From a virus: a stretch of 64,000 nt of DNA. How positions within the stretch are numbered: position 1 is the first letter of the stretch; each line of letters opens with the position of its first letter. The stretch lies in the IMG/VR virus record IMGVR_UViG_3300042691_018174; one strand, 5' to 3'. The position numbers and the translations under genes were made by a program. Below the pieces are notes generated by a model that was given only the letters and a program-made list of their open reading frames with translations, ran no database searches and had not been told where the DNA came from. Below, piece after piece: positions 48,481 to 57,546 of the stretch.

Positions 48481-50304
48481 ATGAAATTATATGAATTAGA
48501 AGAAGGTTTGAAAGATTGGTTTAAACTAGGAAAATCTTCTGACGCCGCGGCTGACACGCAGAGAGTCATAAATCCTGAAACAGGTACTCCCAGCATATTT
48601 TCTCCAGAAAGATCTACACTGCAAAAATGGAGAGACCTTTTTACTGGAAAAAAAGACGATACATTATCTGATCTAGCAAATCAAAGACAAAGAAGAGATC
48701 CATACGTTGATGATGCAGACTTTTTTGACCCACCAACTACTTCAAATCGTGTGCCGCCTACAACTACTCAACAACAGAAGCCTGCGTTATTACAGCCTAA
48801 GTCAGATGCAACTGCGCCAGGAAATAAAAAGTCAAGTAGCAATAAAAAATCAGACGGTGGAAAATCATCAAGCAACAAGAAATCAGACGGTGGAAAATCA
48901 TCAAGCAACAAGAAATCAACGAAAAAAGGTACAGATACTGATAATACTGATACTAATAATCCAGTATTGCCAGCAACACCAGCAGCGGCAGCAGCAGACA
49001 ATACAGCATCTAGCACCGCGTCGGCTGCAGATAACACAGTAATTCCATCAACAGCGGCAGCAGCAGACAATACAGCATCTAGCACTGCATCGGCTGCAGA
49101 TAACACAGTAATTCCATCAACAGCGGCTGCGGATAACACAGCATCTAGCACCGCGTCGGCTGCAACTGATACACAAAAACCTGGAATACTAGACAAGGCT
49201 GGTGATGTTGCAGACGCATGGAGACGTATGAGATATGGAACAACAGATCCTGAAGTTATTGCAAGAATTAGACAAATGGACAGAAGTCCAGCAGCAGCTC
49301 CTGGTGCAGCAAATACAGCAAATACAACAGCAGATGCTGGAACAACAGCCGCTGCAACTGATGCGCCGCCACCAGGAACATTGAGCAAAGTATTTAAAAC
49401 TGCTAAGGATAATAAAATTACTACTGGAGCATTAGGTTATGGTGCATATGATTATCTAACTGGGGATGATCCTTGGGATGTTAAAGGATTTTTGTCAAGA
49501 TCTAAAGATAGACTTGGTGATCTTTGGAGTGCTAAAAAAGATTCTACAACGCCAAATGCAAACACTCAACAAAATGCACCTGCTGCACCTGCTGCATCTG
49601 ATGCAAACACTCAACAAAATGCACCAGCAGCAGATGGAGAGTATGTATTACCTGATGAGCCATTAGGTGGCGATGACAAAAAAGAAGATTTCATTAGAGA
49701 AATTTCTGAAATTATGAAACTAACAGGTCAGCGTTCAATAACACAACGAGATAATATTGCAGGCATAATTAAAGCAAAAGAAATAAAAACATTAACTGAA
49801 TCTACAGATTTGTCCGAATGCGGAGGAACAATAATGAATACAAATCAACCATCTTCTCTAAATATTTCTGCTTCGGCAGGCAGTGGAGAAGAAGTAGCAA
49901 GTATGCTACAAAGTATAATGACACTAGCAGGGGTAAGACCTGTTAGTTCTGATATGATGCCAAATGAAAGAGATCCAATGGTCATGAAATCTGATCCTGT
50001 ACTAACAGCACAAATATCATCACCGGACAGTTGCAATCATACCCCCGAAGGTATGGAATGTCCTTTACATGGCATGTCAGAATGTTCCATGGAAGAAACA
50101 TATGATAACAGCCCAGAAGTCACTGAACAACCATATGATCCAGATAGCATGGCACACGTTATCAACAAGGTTTCAGCAGCCGATATGGCAACAACTCCAT
50201 ATCAAAGTGCCAGCAATCCTTTAGTTAAAGAGCAGGGCTTGAAGGAACAGAGCGATGTCTACAAAGGATTATTCAAAGCCTATGAGGCCTTTAAAAATCA
50301 ATAA
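48481..50304 (+). CDS. Low-complexity, repeat-rich protein; candidate internal head protein
   Basis: 607 aa; MKLYELEE|G start; Ala/Thr/Asp-rich repeats; IMKLTG and IMTLAG motifs; CNHTPEGMECPLHGMSEC. Confidence 0.6.
   Translation: MKLYELEEGLKDWFKLGKSSDAAADTQRVINPETGTPSIFSPERSTLQKWRDLFTGKKDDTLSDLANQRQRRDPYVDDADFFDPPTTSNRVPPTTTQQQKPALLQPKSDATAPGNKKSSSNKKSDGGKSSSNKKSDGGKSSSNKKSTKKGTDTDNTDTNNPVLPATPAAAAADNTASSTASAADNTVIPSTAAAADNTASSTASAADNTVIPSTAAADNTASSTASAATDTQKPGILDKAGDVADAWRRMRYGTTDPEVIARIRQMDRSPAAAPGAANTANTTADAGTTAAATDAPPPGTLSKVFKTAKDNKITTGALGYGAYDYLTGDDPWDVKGFLSRSKDRLGDLWSAKKDSTTPNANTQQNAPAAPAASDANTQQNAPAADGEYVLPDEPLGGDDKKEDFIREISEIMKLTGQRSITQRDNIAGIIKAKEIKTLTESTDLSECGGTIMNTNQPSSLNISASAGSGEEVASMLQSIMTLAGVRPVSSDMMPNERDPMVMKSDPVLTAQISSPDSCNHTPEGMECPLHGMSECSMEETYDNSPEVTEQPYDPDSMAHVINKVSAADMATTPYQSASNPLVKEQGLKEQSDVYKGLFKAYEAFKNQ
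48832..48918 (+). repeat. 33-bp tandem repeat (SSSNKKSDGGK) x2.6
   Basis: Visible in the DNA and the protein. Confidence 0.85.
48983..49165 (+). repeat. ~69-bp tandem repeat (AAADNTASSTASAADNTVIPST) x2.6
   Basis: gcagacaatacagc occurs at 48994 and 49063; a third degenerate copy follows. Confidence 0.9.
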
Positions 50305-50362
50305 TAAATATTTTTAAGGTTGAAGGAGATCGAGACCTGCATTATGCAGGTCTCTGTATTTT
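50305..50362 (+). promoter_or_regulatory. Late promoter and hairpin-split ribosome-binding site of the terminase large subunit
   Basis: TAAATA at 50305-50310; AAGGAG at 50323-50328; hairpin GAGACCTGCA-TTA-TGCAGGTCTC at 50332-50354; ATG at 50363. Confidence 0.65.
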
Positions 50363-51934
50363 ATGGGAAAAAGTCTAGAAGGCGTATTAGTTAAAAAAGC
50401 ACACGTTAGGCAGCGGTGGTCTGAAGAAGAAATCAGTCATCTTGCCAAATGTAGTGATCCTGTGACTGGTCCGGAATATTTTATACGAAATTTCTTTTAC
50501 ATACAACATCCTACACGCGGGCAAATGTTGTTTGAACCTTTTGAATTTCAAACTAGATTATTGTATAGCTATCATCATTACAGATTTAATGTAAACATGA
50601 TGCCTAGACAAACAGGCAAAACTACCACAGCAGCTGGATATTTGTTATGGTATGCCATGTTTATTCCTGACAGCACTATATTAATCGCTGCACACAAATA
50701 TACTGGTGCTCAAGAAATTATGCAGCGTATTCGATACGCTTATGAATTATGTCCTGATTTTTTACGTGCAGGTGTTACATCATATAACAAAGGTAGTGTA
50801 GAATTTGATAATGGTAGTCGAATAGTAAGTGCTACTACTACAGGTAATACAGGTCGTGGTATGAGTATTTCATTACTATACTGTGATGAGTTCGCATTTG
50901 TGCCGCCAAACATCGCCACTGAATTCTGGACTTCTATCTCTCCTACTTTGGCCACAGGTGGTAAAGCTATTATCACATCAACACCAAACAGTGATGAAGA
51001 TCAATTTGCTATCATATGGACTGAAGCAAATAAACAATTTGATGAGTATGGTAATGAAAATGATGTAGGCATCAACGGATTCCATCCTTTTAAGGCACAT
51101 TGGAGTGAACACCCAGAAAGGGATGAAGAGTGGGCCAATCAAGAAAGAAGCAGGATTGGTGAAGAAAGATTCCGTAGAGAACATGAGTGCGAGTTCATTA
51201 TATTTGATGAAACACTTATCAACAGTATAACACTCAGTGAAATGAAGGGTGTTGAACCAATAATGAAAATGGGTCAAACTAGATGGTATGATAGAATCAA
51301 AAAAGATAAGACTTATTTGATTAGTTTAGATCCTAGTCTAGGCACAGGCGGAGATTATGCTGCTATTGAAGTTTTTGAATTACCTGGCATGGCGCAGGTA
51401 GCAGAATGGCAACATAATAATACTCCAGTACAACAACAGGTTCGTATTCTCAAAGAAATTTGCAAGTATATCAGTGAACAAGCAGAGCAAGTTGCAGGGT
51501 CGCCCAAAATATACTACAGCGTAGAAAATAATACCCTAGGCGAAGCTGCATTAGTGGCTATAAATGAGTTAGGCGAAGAAAACATACAAGGGTTATTTTT
51601 AAGTGAACCTATACGTAAAGGACATGTACGCAAGTTCCGTAAAGGGTTCAATACCACACATAATTCCAAAATAGCAGCCTGCTCAAAACTAAAACAATTA
51701 ATAGAAACTAATACCATCAAAATAAACAGTAAAGTTCTAATATCGCAACTCAAAGCATTTATTGCCCGGGGAACTACTTTTGCAGCCAAAAGTGGGGAAT
51801 CAGATGACCTAGTAATGAGTTTGCTATTGTCCGTTAGAATGTTGGGTGTTCTAAGCGATTGGGATCCTTCTGTGTACGATTTACTTAGACACGGGGAAGA
51901 AATCGTTATGCCCATGCCCATATTGATGAGTTAA
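50363..51934 (+). CDS. gp17: Terminase large subunit (T4 gp17-like)
   Basis: Walker A PRQTGKTT; Walker B LLYCDEFAF; ITSTPN; FRREHECEF; nuclease DPSLGTGGD, VENN and DDLVMS. Confidence 0.97.
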   Translation: MGKSLEGVLVKKAHVRQRWSEEEISHLAKCSDPVTGPEYFIRNFFYIQHPTRGQMLFEPFEFQTRLLYSYHHYRFNVNMMPRQTGKTTTAAGYLLWYAMFIPDSTILIAAHKYTGAQEIMQRIRYAYELCPDFLRAGVTSYNKGSVEFDNGSRIVSATTTGNTGRGMSISLLYCDEFAFVPPNIATEFWTSISPTLATGGKAIITSTPNSDEDQFAIIWTEANKQFDEYGNENDVGINGFHPFKAHWSEHPERDEEWANQERSRIGEERFRREHECEFIIFDETLINSITLSEMKGVEPIMKMGQTRWYDRIKKDKTYLISLDPSLGTGGDYAAIEVFELPGMAQVAEWQHNNTPVQQQVRILKEICKYISEQAEQVAGSPKIYYSVENNTLGEAALVAINELGEENIQGLFLSEPIRKGHVRKFRKGFNTTHNSKIAACSKLKQLIETNTIKINSKVLISQLKAFIARGTTFAAKSGESDDLVMSLLLSVRMLGVLSDWDPSVYDLLRHGEEIVMPMPILMS

Positions 51935-51940
51935 AAAGCA

Positions 51941-51946
51941 TAAATA
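51941..51946 (+). promoter_or_regulatory. Late promoter TAAATA, 5 nt before ATG 51952
   Basis: gcaTAAATAttaacATG. Confidence 0.75.
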
Positions 51947-51951
51947 TTAAC

Positions 51952-54666
51952 ATGATTAATCAAGACATCATTGCACAAGACCTTTTCTATAAAATCCGTA
52001 GCAGATTTCCCAAAATGGAGATGGGCGACGAAACTGGGCAACCTACATTTGAAGCTACCAAAGGCAGATTCTTTGACTTCGATGCAGTGTTTGAAACTGT
52101 AAACTTAGGTACAGTTAGCATCAGTATAAATGAGCCAGGTAGCTTAAAATTATATTTTAGTAGAAATATATTAGAAAACGTCGACGATCTTACTTCTAGG
52201 ACATGGTTTAAATTTCTCAGAGAGATGAGAAAATTTGCTATGAAAAGATTAATGAGTTTTGATACTAGAGATATCACAAAAACAAATTTAGATAAAAGAG
52301 ATTATACATATCTTGCTAATAAGGAATCAGTCATGAATGAATCATCAATTAGAGGTACCAGCAGAACTAGTTATATGCCACTAGAAGGCTTGGAAAGAAC
52401 ACGGTTAATTATAAGGCACAAGAAAAAGGTTGATGAGAATATTCCAGGAGCGAGAAGTAGAAATATTGAAAGTCTCTTTATTGAAAACGCATCAGGCGAG
52501 AGATTCAAATATCCTTTCCAACATTTGTCAGGCGCAAAAGCTATGCAGCGTCATGTGGCTAACGGCGGAGTACCACACGACCCCGTAGGTCAAGAAATCA
52601 TTCAACTCAGCGAGCAAATAGCTCAGTTATCATCCTTCAAACAATATGTTTATAAAGAAGACCTGATGAATAGTGAAACTAACCACATAGTGGATCGAGC
52701 AAATGTAAAGTTACAGAATATAAAAGAGCTAATGCATAGATTACAAAAACAACATCATTATGAATCTTTTAAACAAAAAATTGAATTAGGTTCCTCAGAT
52801 AACGAACCATTAATAGATGAAGTTACTATCAAAGAATACAGAGATAAATTTACCGTAAAGAATTTTAAAGAAGATATTGCAAGTGTATTTCCTTTACTTT
52901 ATTCCATTATGCAAGAAGAAGGAGTCGATTTAGAAACTGTTAGTTCGGAAGGGCTTGACACATCTAAAATAGAAGAACATGGCGATGCTAAAATTGGTCC
53001 AGAAGAAATGTTTGAAAATTGGGCCGACACGTTAATTGAAACCAAATTAACTCCAGAAAAACTTGATAGCCTAAAAGAATTAGTTAGCGAGCATTTTCCT
53101 TTAGGTAACAATGGTGAAAATACTGTGGGTGCTTTAGAGGAAATTGGTTTAAAACTTCCTGAGAATTTTAAAAAGGAACTTGCTGAACTTGCAGAAACTG
53201 CAGGGCCCGATACAGATTCTAAAGACATAGTAATTGAATATTTGAGCCAATATGAGCCAGAAGTTCATGGAGCATTGGGATTAGAACAAGATGTCCAAGA
53301 AGGCACAGAACAAGGAATTGTTATCAACGGAAAAGAAGTTGATCTAAGCAGCTTAGAAGTTGATGGAATTGATACTAGAGACTCACCTGACTTCAGTGAC
53401 TCATATTTTAGTGCAGGTAGTTTTACAGATGGAACTGAAATGAATGATAGTGAGTTAGAACAGCTAAGAGATGAACATGGTGATTTATTACACGAATTAG
53501 TTTGGGATAGTCTACACGAAACGCAAGGAATAGCGGAAAACGAAGTCCCCCATCCAAAAGAATTAGAGATGGACGCTAAAGTCCGTTCAATGCAAATACA
53601 ACAACGTGCTGACGCTGCAGAAAAAAGATTAGCAGACCGCCAAGCAGAACCAAAAACTTTTGTTCAAAAAATTGCAAGAGACATTGGCGATCCATTGAAA
53701 CAGCTGGCAAGAGGTGATGTAAAGGCTTCATTATTTGATCCTCCGGCCTCATTGACAAATAAAGTTGGCAGCGGAAGTGCTACCGGTAGAATGACTGGTG
53801 GTGGCGGCATGGGCGGTGGTGGTGGCATGGGCGGTGGCGGCTTTAAGAGACCAGGCGATGATAGATTTAATCAATTAAAGTTGGAAGGAAATGAAGACCA
53901 AACCCCAGAAGAAAAACAAATGGCTAGAGATTTTATTATGGCAGTAGCCACTAAAATTAAATCAGGCGAAATTGATCCTTCAGAAGTCGAACAAGAATTT
54001 TTTAATACATTGCCATTTTTCGGAGTCAACGATGATCAGGCAATGGCTGCATGGGATAGGATTACACAGTCTCCAGAACCTAAAGAGAAAAAACCAGCAA
54101 TGAGCGACAAGGATATTGATGCTGAATTGAAAGGGGTTTCTTCAAATGATGAAGAAGATGACGCTTCATTCCTTGCTAACTTAAGGAATAAAGCCAAGTC
54201 TGGCGGTATTAAACAAGATACCAGTGGTTTTGGTACAGGGTTAGATGAAGTTAATGACGAAGATAATAACAAATCTAAAACTAAAGAGATCGCAGAATTT
54301 ATTATGAGTTTTTTCAATGCAGAGGAAGGCAATTTCCCATTAGGTGAAAAAGCAGTGGCACTAAAGGTAGGAAAAGAGTTTGGCGATAGATATGAAAAAG
54401 TTGCCGAAATGCTCTGCAGAAGTATGAATGAACAAAGAGTGGAAAGAGATGCTTTTGAAGAATTAAAAGTATTAAGCGGAATGAAAAAACCAGCTGAGGG
54501 AAATTACTTTGGTAATCAAGTAAGACTTGCCAAAGAGAAAGGTTTGAAAAACGCTGACCTAGACGGCGACGGCGACATGGAACCAGTAACTGGTGAAGAT
54601 TTATCTTCTGTAGATGAAGGTAATTCCGAATTTGCTAGAATAAAAAAATTAGCAGGTATGAAATAA
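51952..54666 (+). CDS. Large acidic protein; candidate processed prohead-core/internal polyprotein
   Basis: 904 aa; late promoter; many [LIVM]xE|[GSTN] sites; Gly-rich insert; C-terminal RIKKLAGMK resembles the scaffold tail. Confidence 0.6.
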   Translation: MINQDIIAQDLFYKIRSRFPKMEMGDETGQPTFEATKGRFFDFDAVFETVNLGTVSISINEPGSLKLYFSRNILENVDDLTSRTWFKFLREMRKFAMKRLMSFDTRDITKTNLDKRDYTYLANKESVMNESSIRGTSRTSYMPLEGLERTRLIIRHKKKVDENIPGARSRNIESLFIENASGERFKYPFQHLSGAKAMQRHVANGGVPHDPVGQEIIQLSEQIAQLSSFKQYVYKEDLMNSETNHIVDRANVKLQNIKELMHRLQKQHHYESFKQKIELGSSDNEPLIDEVTIKEYRDKFTVKNFKEDIASVFPLLYSIMQEEGVDLETVSSEGLDTSKIEEHGDAKIGPEEMFENWADTLIETKLTPEKLDSLKELVSEHFPLGNNGENTVGALEEIGLKLPENFKKELAELAETAGPDTDSKDIVIEYLSQYEPEVHGALGLEQDVQEGTEQGIVINGKEVDLSSLEVDGIDTRDSPDFSDSYFSAGSFTDGTEMNDSELEQLRDEHGDLLHELVWDSLHETQGIAENEVPHPKELEMDAKVRSMQIQQRADAAEKRLADRQAEPKTFVQKIARDIGDPLKQLARGDVKASLFDPPASLTNKVGSGSATGRMTGGGGMGGGGGMGGGGFKRPGDDRFNQLKLEGNEDQTPEEKQMARDFIMAVATKIKSGEIDPSEVEQEFFNTLPFFGVNDDQAMAAWDRITQSPEPKEKKPAMSDKDIDAELKGVSSNDEEDDASFLANLRNKAKSGGIKQDTSGFGTGLDEVNDEDNNKSKTKEIAEFIMSFFNAEEGNFPLGEKAVALKVGKEFGDRYEKVAEMLCRSMNEQRVERDAFEELKVLSGMKKPAEGNYFGNQVRLAKEKGLKNADLDGDGDMEPVTGEDLSSVDEGNSEFARIKKLAGMK

Positions 54667-54680
54667 GTCTATCAAAATAC

Positions 54681-54725
54681 TTGACAGACTAAATAAAAAC
54701 GCATACTATTATGTATGCGTTTTTT
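54681..54725 (+). promoter_or_regulatory. Composite element: sigma70 promoter, embedded late TAAATA and an overlapping terminator-like inverted repeat
   Basis: TTGACA(54681)-17 nt-TACTAT(54704); TAAATA at 54690-54695; AAAAACGCATAC-tattat-GTATGCGTTTTT. Confidence 0.75.
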
Positions 54726-54786
54726 GTTTGTGTAGTTGCACAGACAAACTAAGGCAAAACAAAGGCACATATAAGGAGAAAAAATT

Positions 54787-55773
54787 ATGGCAACTTTGGC
54801 TGAAATTAGAGCAAAACTTCAAGAACAAAACAACCGCCAATCGGGCGGATCATCAGGCGGTGGCGATAATGCCATCTATCCACACTGGAACATGGACGAA
54901 GGTAAAGAAGCAATTGTCCGTTTTCTTCCAGACAACGATCCTAGTAACACATTCTTTTGGGCAGAACGTGCCATGATCAAATTGCCATTCGCTGGCATTA
55001 AAGGTCAAACAGATTCACGTCCTGTAACTGTACAAGTTCCTTGTATGGAAATGTGGGGAGAAACATGTCCAATTCTATCCGAGGTACGTCCTTGGTTTAA
55101 AGATAAAAGTTTAGAAGACATGGGTCGTAAGTATTGGAAAAAGAAATCATATGTTTTCCAAGGATTTGTTCAAGATCCTAATCCAATCGCTGAAGAAAAA
55201 ACTCCTGCGAATCCTATTCGTAGATTTATTATTGGTCCACAAATTTTCAATATCATCAAAGGTGCTTTGATGGATAATGAGATTGAAGAACTTCCAACCG
55301 ATTATGTTCGTGGTTTGGACTTTAAAATTATCAAAACAACTAAAGGTGGTTATGCAGACTACAGTACCAGTAAATGGGGCCGTAGAGAACGTGCATTAAC
55401 TGATTTTGAACAATCCGCCATTAAAGAACATGGCTTGTTCAATCTTAAGGACTTCCTACCTAAGAAGCCAACTGATGTTGAACTAAAAGTTATCAAACAG
55501 ATGTTTGAAGCATCTGTAGATGGCGAAGCGTTTGATATGGATAAGTGGGGACAATATTTCAAACCTGCTGGAGTTACTGGTAGTACATCATCTTCAAACA
55601 ATGATATTGAAGTTGATACTACTGTAGAAGTTGTTACCCCTAAGGTAATTTCAAATAAGGAATCCACTGTAGAAGATACTTCTGAAAAAACAGAAAATAA
55701 ATCTTCTAGTAGTGAACGTGCTCAAGATATCCTTGCGGCTATTAGAGCTCGCCAACAAAACAAAGACAACTAA
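54787..55773 (+). CDS. gp32: Single-stranded DNA-binding protein (T4 gp32-like)
   Basis: IVRFLPD..CMEMWGETCPI..RKYWKKKSY..IGPQIFNII..GLDFKIIK..GYADYSTSKW; acidic C-terminal region. Confidence 0.9.
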   Translation: MATLAEIRAKLQEQNNRQSGGSSGGGDNAIYPHWNMDEGKEAIVRFLPDNDPSNTFFWAERAMIKLPFAGIKGQTDSRPVTVQVPCMEMWGETCPILSEVRPWFKDKSLEDMGRKYWKKKSYVFQGFVQDPNPIAEEKTPANPIRRFIIGPQIFNIIKGALMDNEIEELPTDYVRGLDFKIIKTTKGGYADYSTSKWGRRERALTDFEQSAIKEHGLFNLKDFLPKKPTDVELKVIKQMFEASVDGEAFDMDKWGQYFKPAGVTGSTSSSNNDIEVDTTVEVVTPKVISNKESTVEDTSEKTENKSSSSERAQDILAAIRARQQNKDN

Positions 55774-55790
55774 TTTAGGAGGGTTTACGA

Positions 55791-56846
55791 ATGGCTAAGG
55801 CATTTGATGTGTCTAAGTTTCGTAAAACCCTCACTAAGTCTATTGACGGGCTTGGTGTTGGTTTTAACGATCCTACAGACTGGATTAGTACCGGAAACTA
55901 TGCATTAAACTATTTGATCAGTGGTGATTTTAAAAGAGGAGTCCCACTAGGAAAAGTTACGGTATTTGCGGGAGAAAGTGGAGCAGGTAAAAGTTTTATC
56001 TGTTCTGGCAACCTTGTGCGTCATGCACAAGAACAAGGCATTTATGTAGTTTTAATTGATACAGAAAATGCACTGGATGAAAAATGGTTACACGATTTAG
56101 GTGTTGATACTAATGAAGATAAACTTCTTAAACTTAACATAGCAATGATTGACGACGTTGCTAAGACTATTAACGAGTTCATGAAAGAATATAAAACAAT
56201 GGAAGATCGTCCCAAAGTTTTATTTGTTGTAGATAGTCTTGGAATGTTATTGACACCTACAGATGTTAATCAATTTGAAGCAGGAGATCTTAAAGGTGAT
56301 ATGGGTAGAAAGCCTAAAGCTCTTACGGCGTTGGTTCGTAATTGTGTTAATATGTTTGGTAGTCATAATGTTGGACTAATAGCAACTAATCACACATATG
56401 CAAGTCAAGACATGTTTGATCCGGACGATAAGATCTCAGGTGGTCAAGGGTTTATCTATGCGTCAAGTATTGTTGTTGCTATGAAAAAGCTCAAACTTAA
56501 AGAAGATGACGATGGTAATAAAATTACAGAAGTGCGTGGAATACGTGCAGCTTGTAAGGTTATGAAAACTCGTTATGCTAAACCCTTTGAAAGTGTACAA
56601 GTTAAAATTCCTTATGAGACTGGTATGAACCCTTATAGTGGATTAGTTGATATGTTTGAATCTAAAGGACTATTAAAGAAAGACGGTAATTCACTTTCTT
56701 ATATTACTCCTGATGGTGAAATAATCAAACAATTCAGAAAAGCATGGGAAAGAAACGAAAAGAACGGTTTAGATGTAATTATGGCTAACTATAATAATTC
56801 AGTTAACACACAGTACGTTGCTGATGAACAAACAGAGGAAGCATAA
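55791..56846 (+). CDS. uvsX: RecA-like recombinase UvsX
   Basis: ISTGNYALNYLISG; Walker A GESGAGKS; IDTENA; VVDSLG; NHTY; SGGQGFIYASS. Confidence 0.95.
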   Translation: MAKAFDVSKFRKTLTKSIDGLGVGFNDPTDWISTGNYALNYLISGDFKRGVPLGKVTVFAGESGAGKSFICSGNLVRHAQEQGIYVVLIDTENALDEKWLHDLGVDTNEDKLLKLNIAMIDDVAKTINEFMKEYKTMEDRPKVLFVVDSLGMLLTPTDVNQFEAGDLKGDMGRKPKALTALVRNCVNMFGSHNVGLIATNHTYASQDMFDPDDKISGGQGFIYASSIVVAMKKLKLKEDDDGNKITEVRGIRAACKVMKTRYAKPFESVQVKIPYETGMNPYSGLVDMFESKGLLKKDGNSLSYITPDGEIIKQFRKAWERNEKNGLDVIMANYNNSVNTQYVADEQTEEA

Positions 56847-56851
56847 CTATC

Positions 56852-57094
56852 ATGGATGAACAACTCATTATCGAAACATGGGATTTGTTTAAAGAATATA
56901 TCCCGACAAAAAATTTAGAAACTGCGGCAAATCATTTTGTTGATTTCTTAGTAGATCACGATGTTGACGAAGATGTTTTAAATGGTTTAATTGGTATGGA
57001 TTCAACCCTCGATGACGCTATCAAATCGATGTTAAAGGAATTAGATGGCTATGAGGATGAAGAAGAAATTGACCTTGACGATGAGGAATATTGA
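56852..57094 (+). CDS. Small acidic hypothetical protein
   Basis: 80 aa with a D/E-rich C-terminus; lies between uvsX and uvsY. Confidence 0.65.
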   Translation: MDEQLIIETWDLFKEYIPTKNLETAANHFVDFLVDHDVDEDVLNGLIGMDSTLDDAIKSMLKELDGYEDEEEIDLDDEEY

Positions 57095-57546
57095 TGTGGT
57101 ACAACAAGGTAAGTAAGGATATATCCGAATTACCTGCATGTCTGGAATACTATTACGTAGAATTAGAGGAAGCTAGGAGAGAATGTAAAATCAATGGCAA
57201 CATTGAGAGACTCTCCTCTTCCCTTCCAGGCATAGTAGAACATAGATTCAATCAACTTCAAGAGATAGAGGCAATTTTAGAATATCTCAATATAGAACTA
57301 CGACGACTTAGAAGTAAAACATTTAAAAAATATTTAGAAAATTATCAGCGGGCGTTGTCAAGTAGAGATGTAGAAAAGTATGTCGATGGCGAAGCAGATG
57401 TTGTTGATTTTGAAAAGTTGATTAATGAATTTGCATTAATCAGAAACAAATGGCTTGGTATTATTAAGTCATTAGATATTAAACAGTGGCAGATGAGCAA
57501 TATTATAAAACTTAGAACTGCCGGTATGGAAGATGTGACACTATGA
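57094..57546 (+). CDS. uvsY: Recombination mediator UvsY-like
   Basis: Helical; RRLRSKTFKKY...DVEKYVDGE.D...IIKSLDIKQWQMSNIIKLR..G matches the UvsY C-terminal pattern; lies near uvsX and uvsW. Confidence 0.8.
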   Translation: MWYNKVSKDISELPACLEYYYVELEEARRECKINGNIERLSSSLPGIVEHRFNQLQEIEAILEYLNIELRRLRSKTFKKYLENYQRALSSRDVEKYVDGEADVVDFEKLINEFALIRNKWLGIIKSLDIKQWQMSNIIKLRTAGMEDVTL

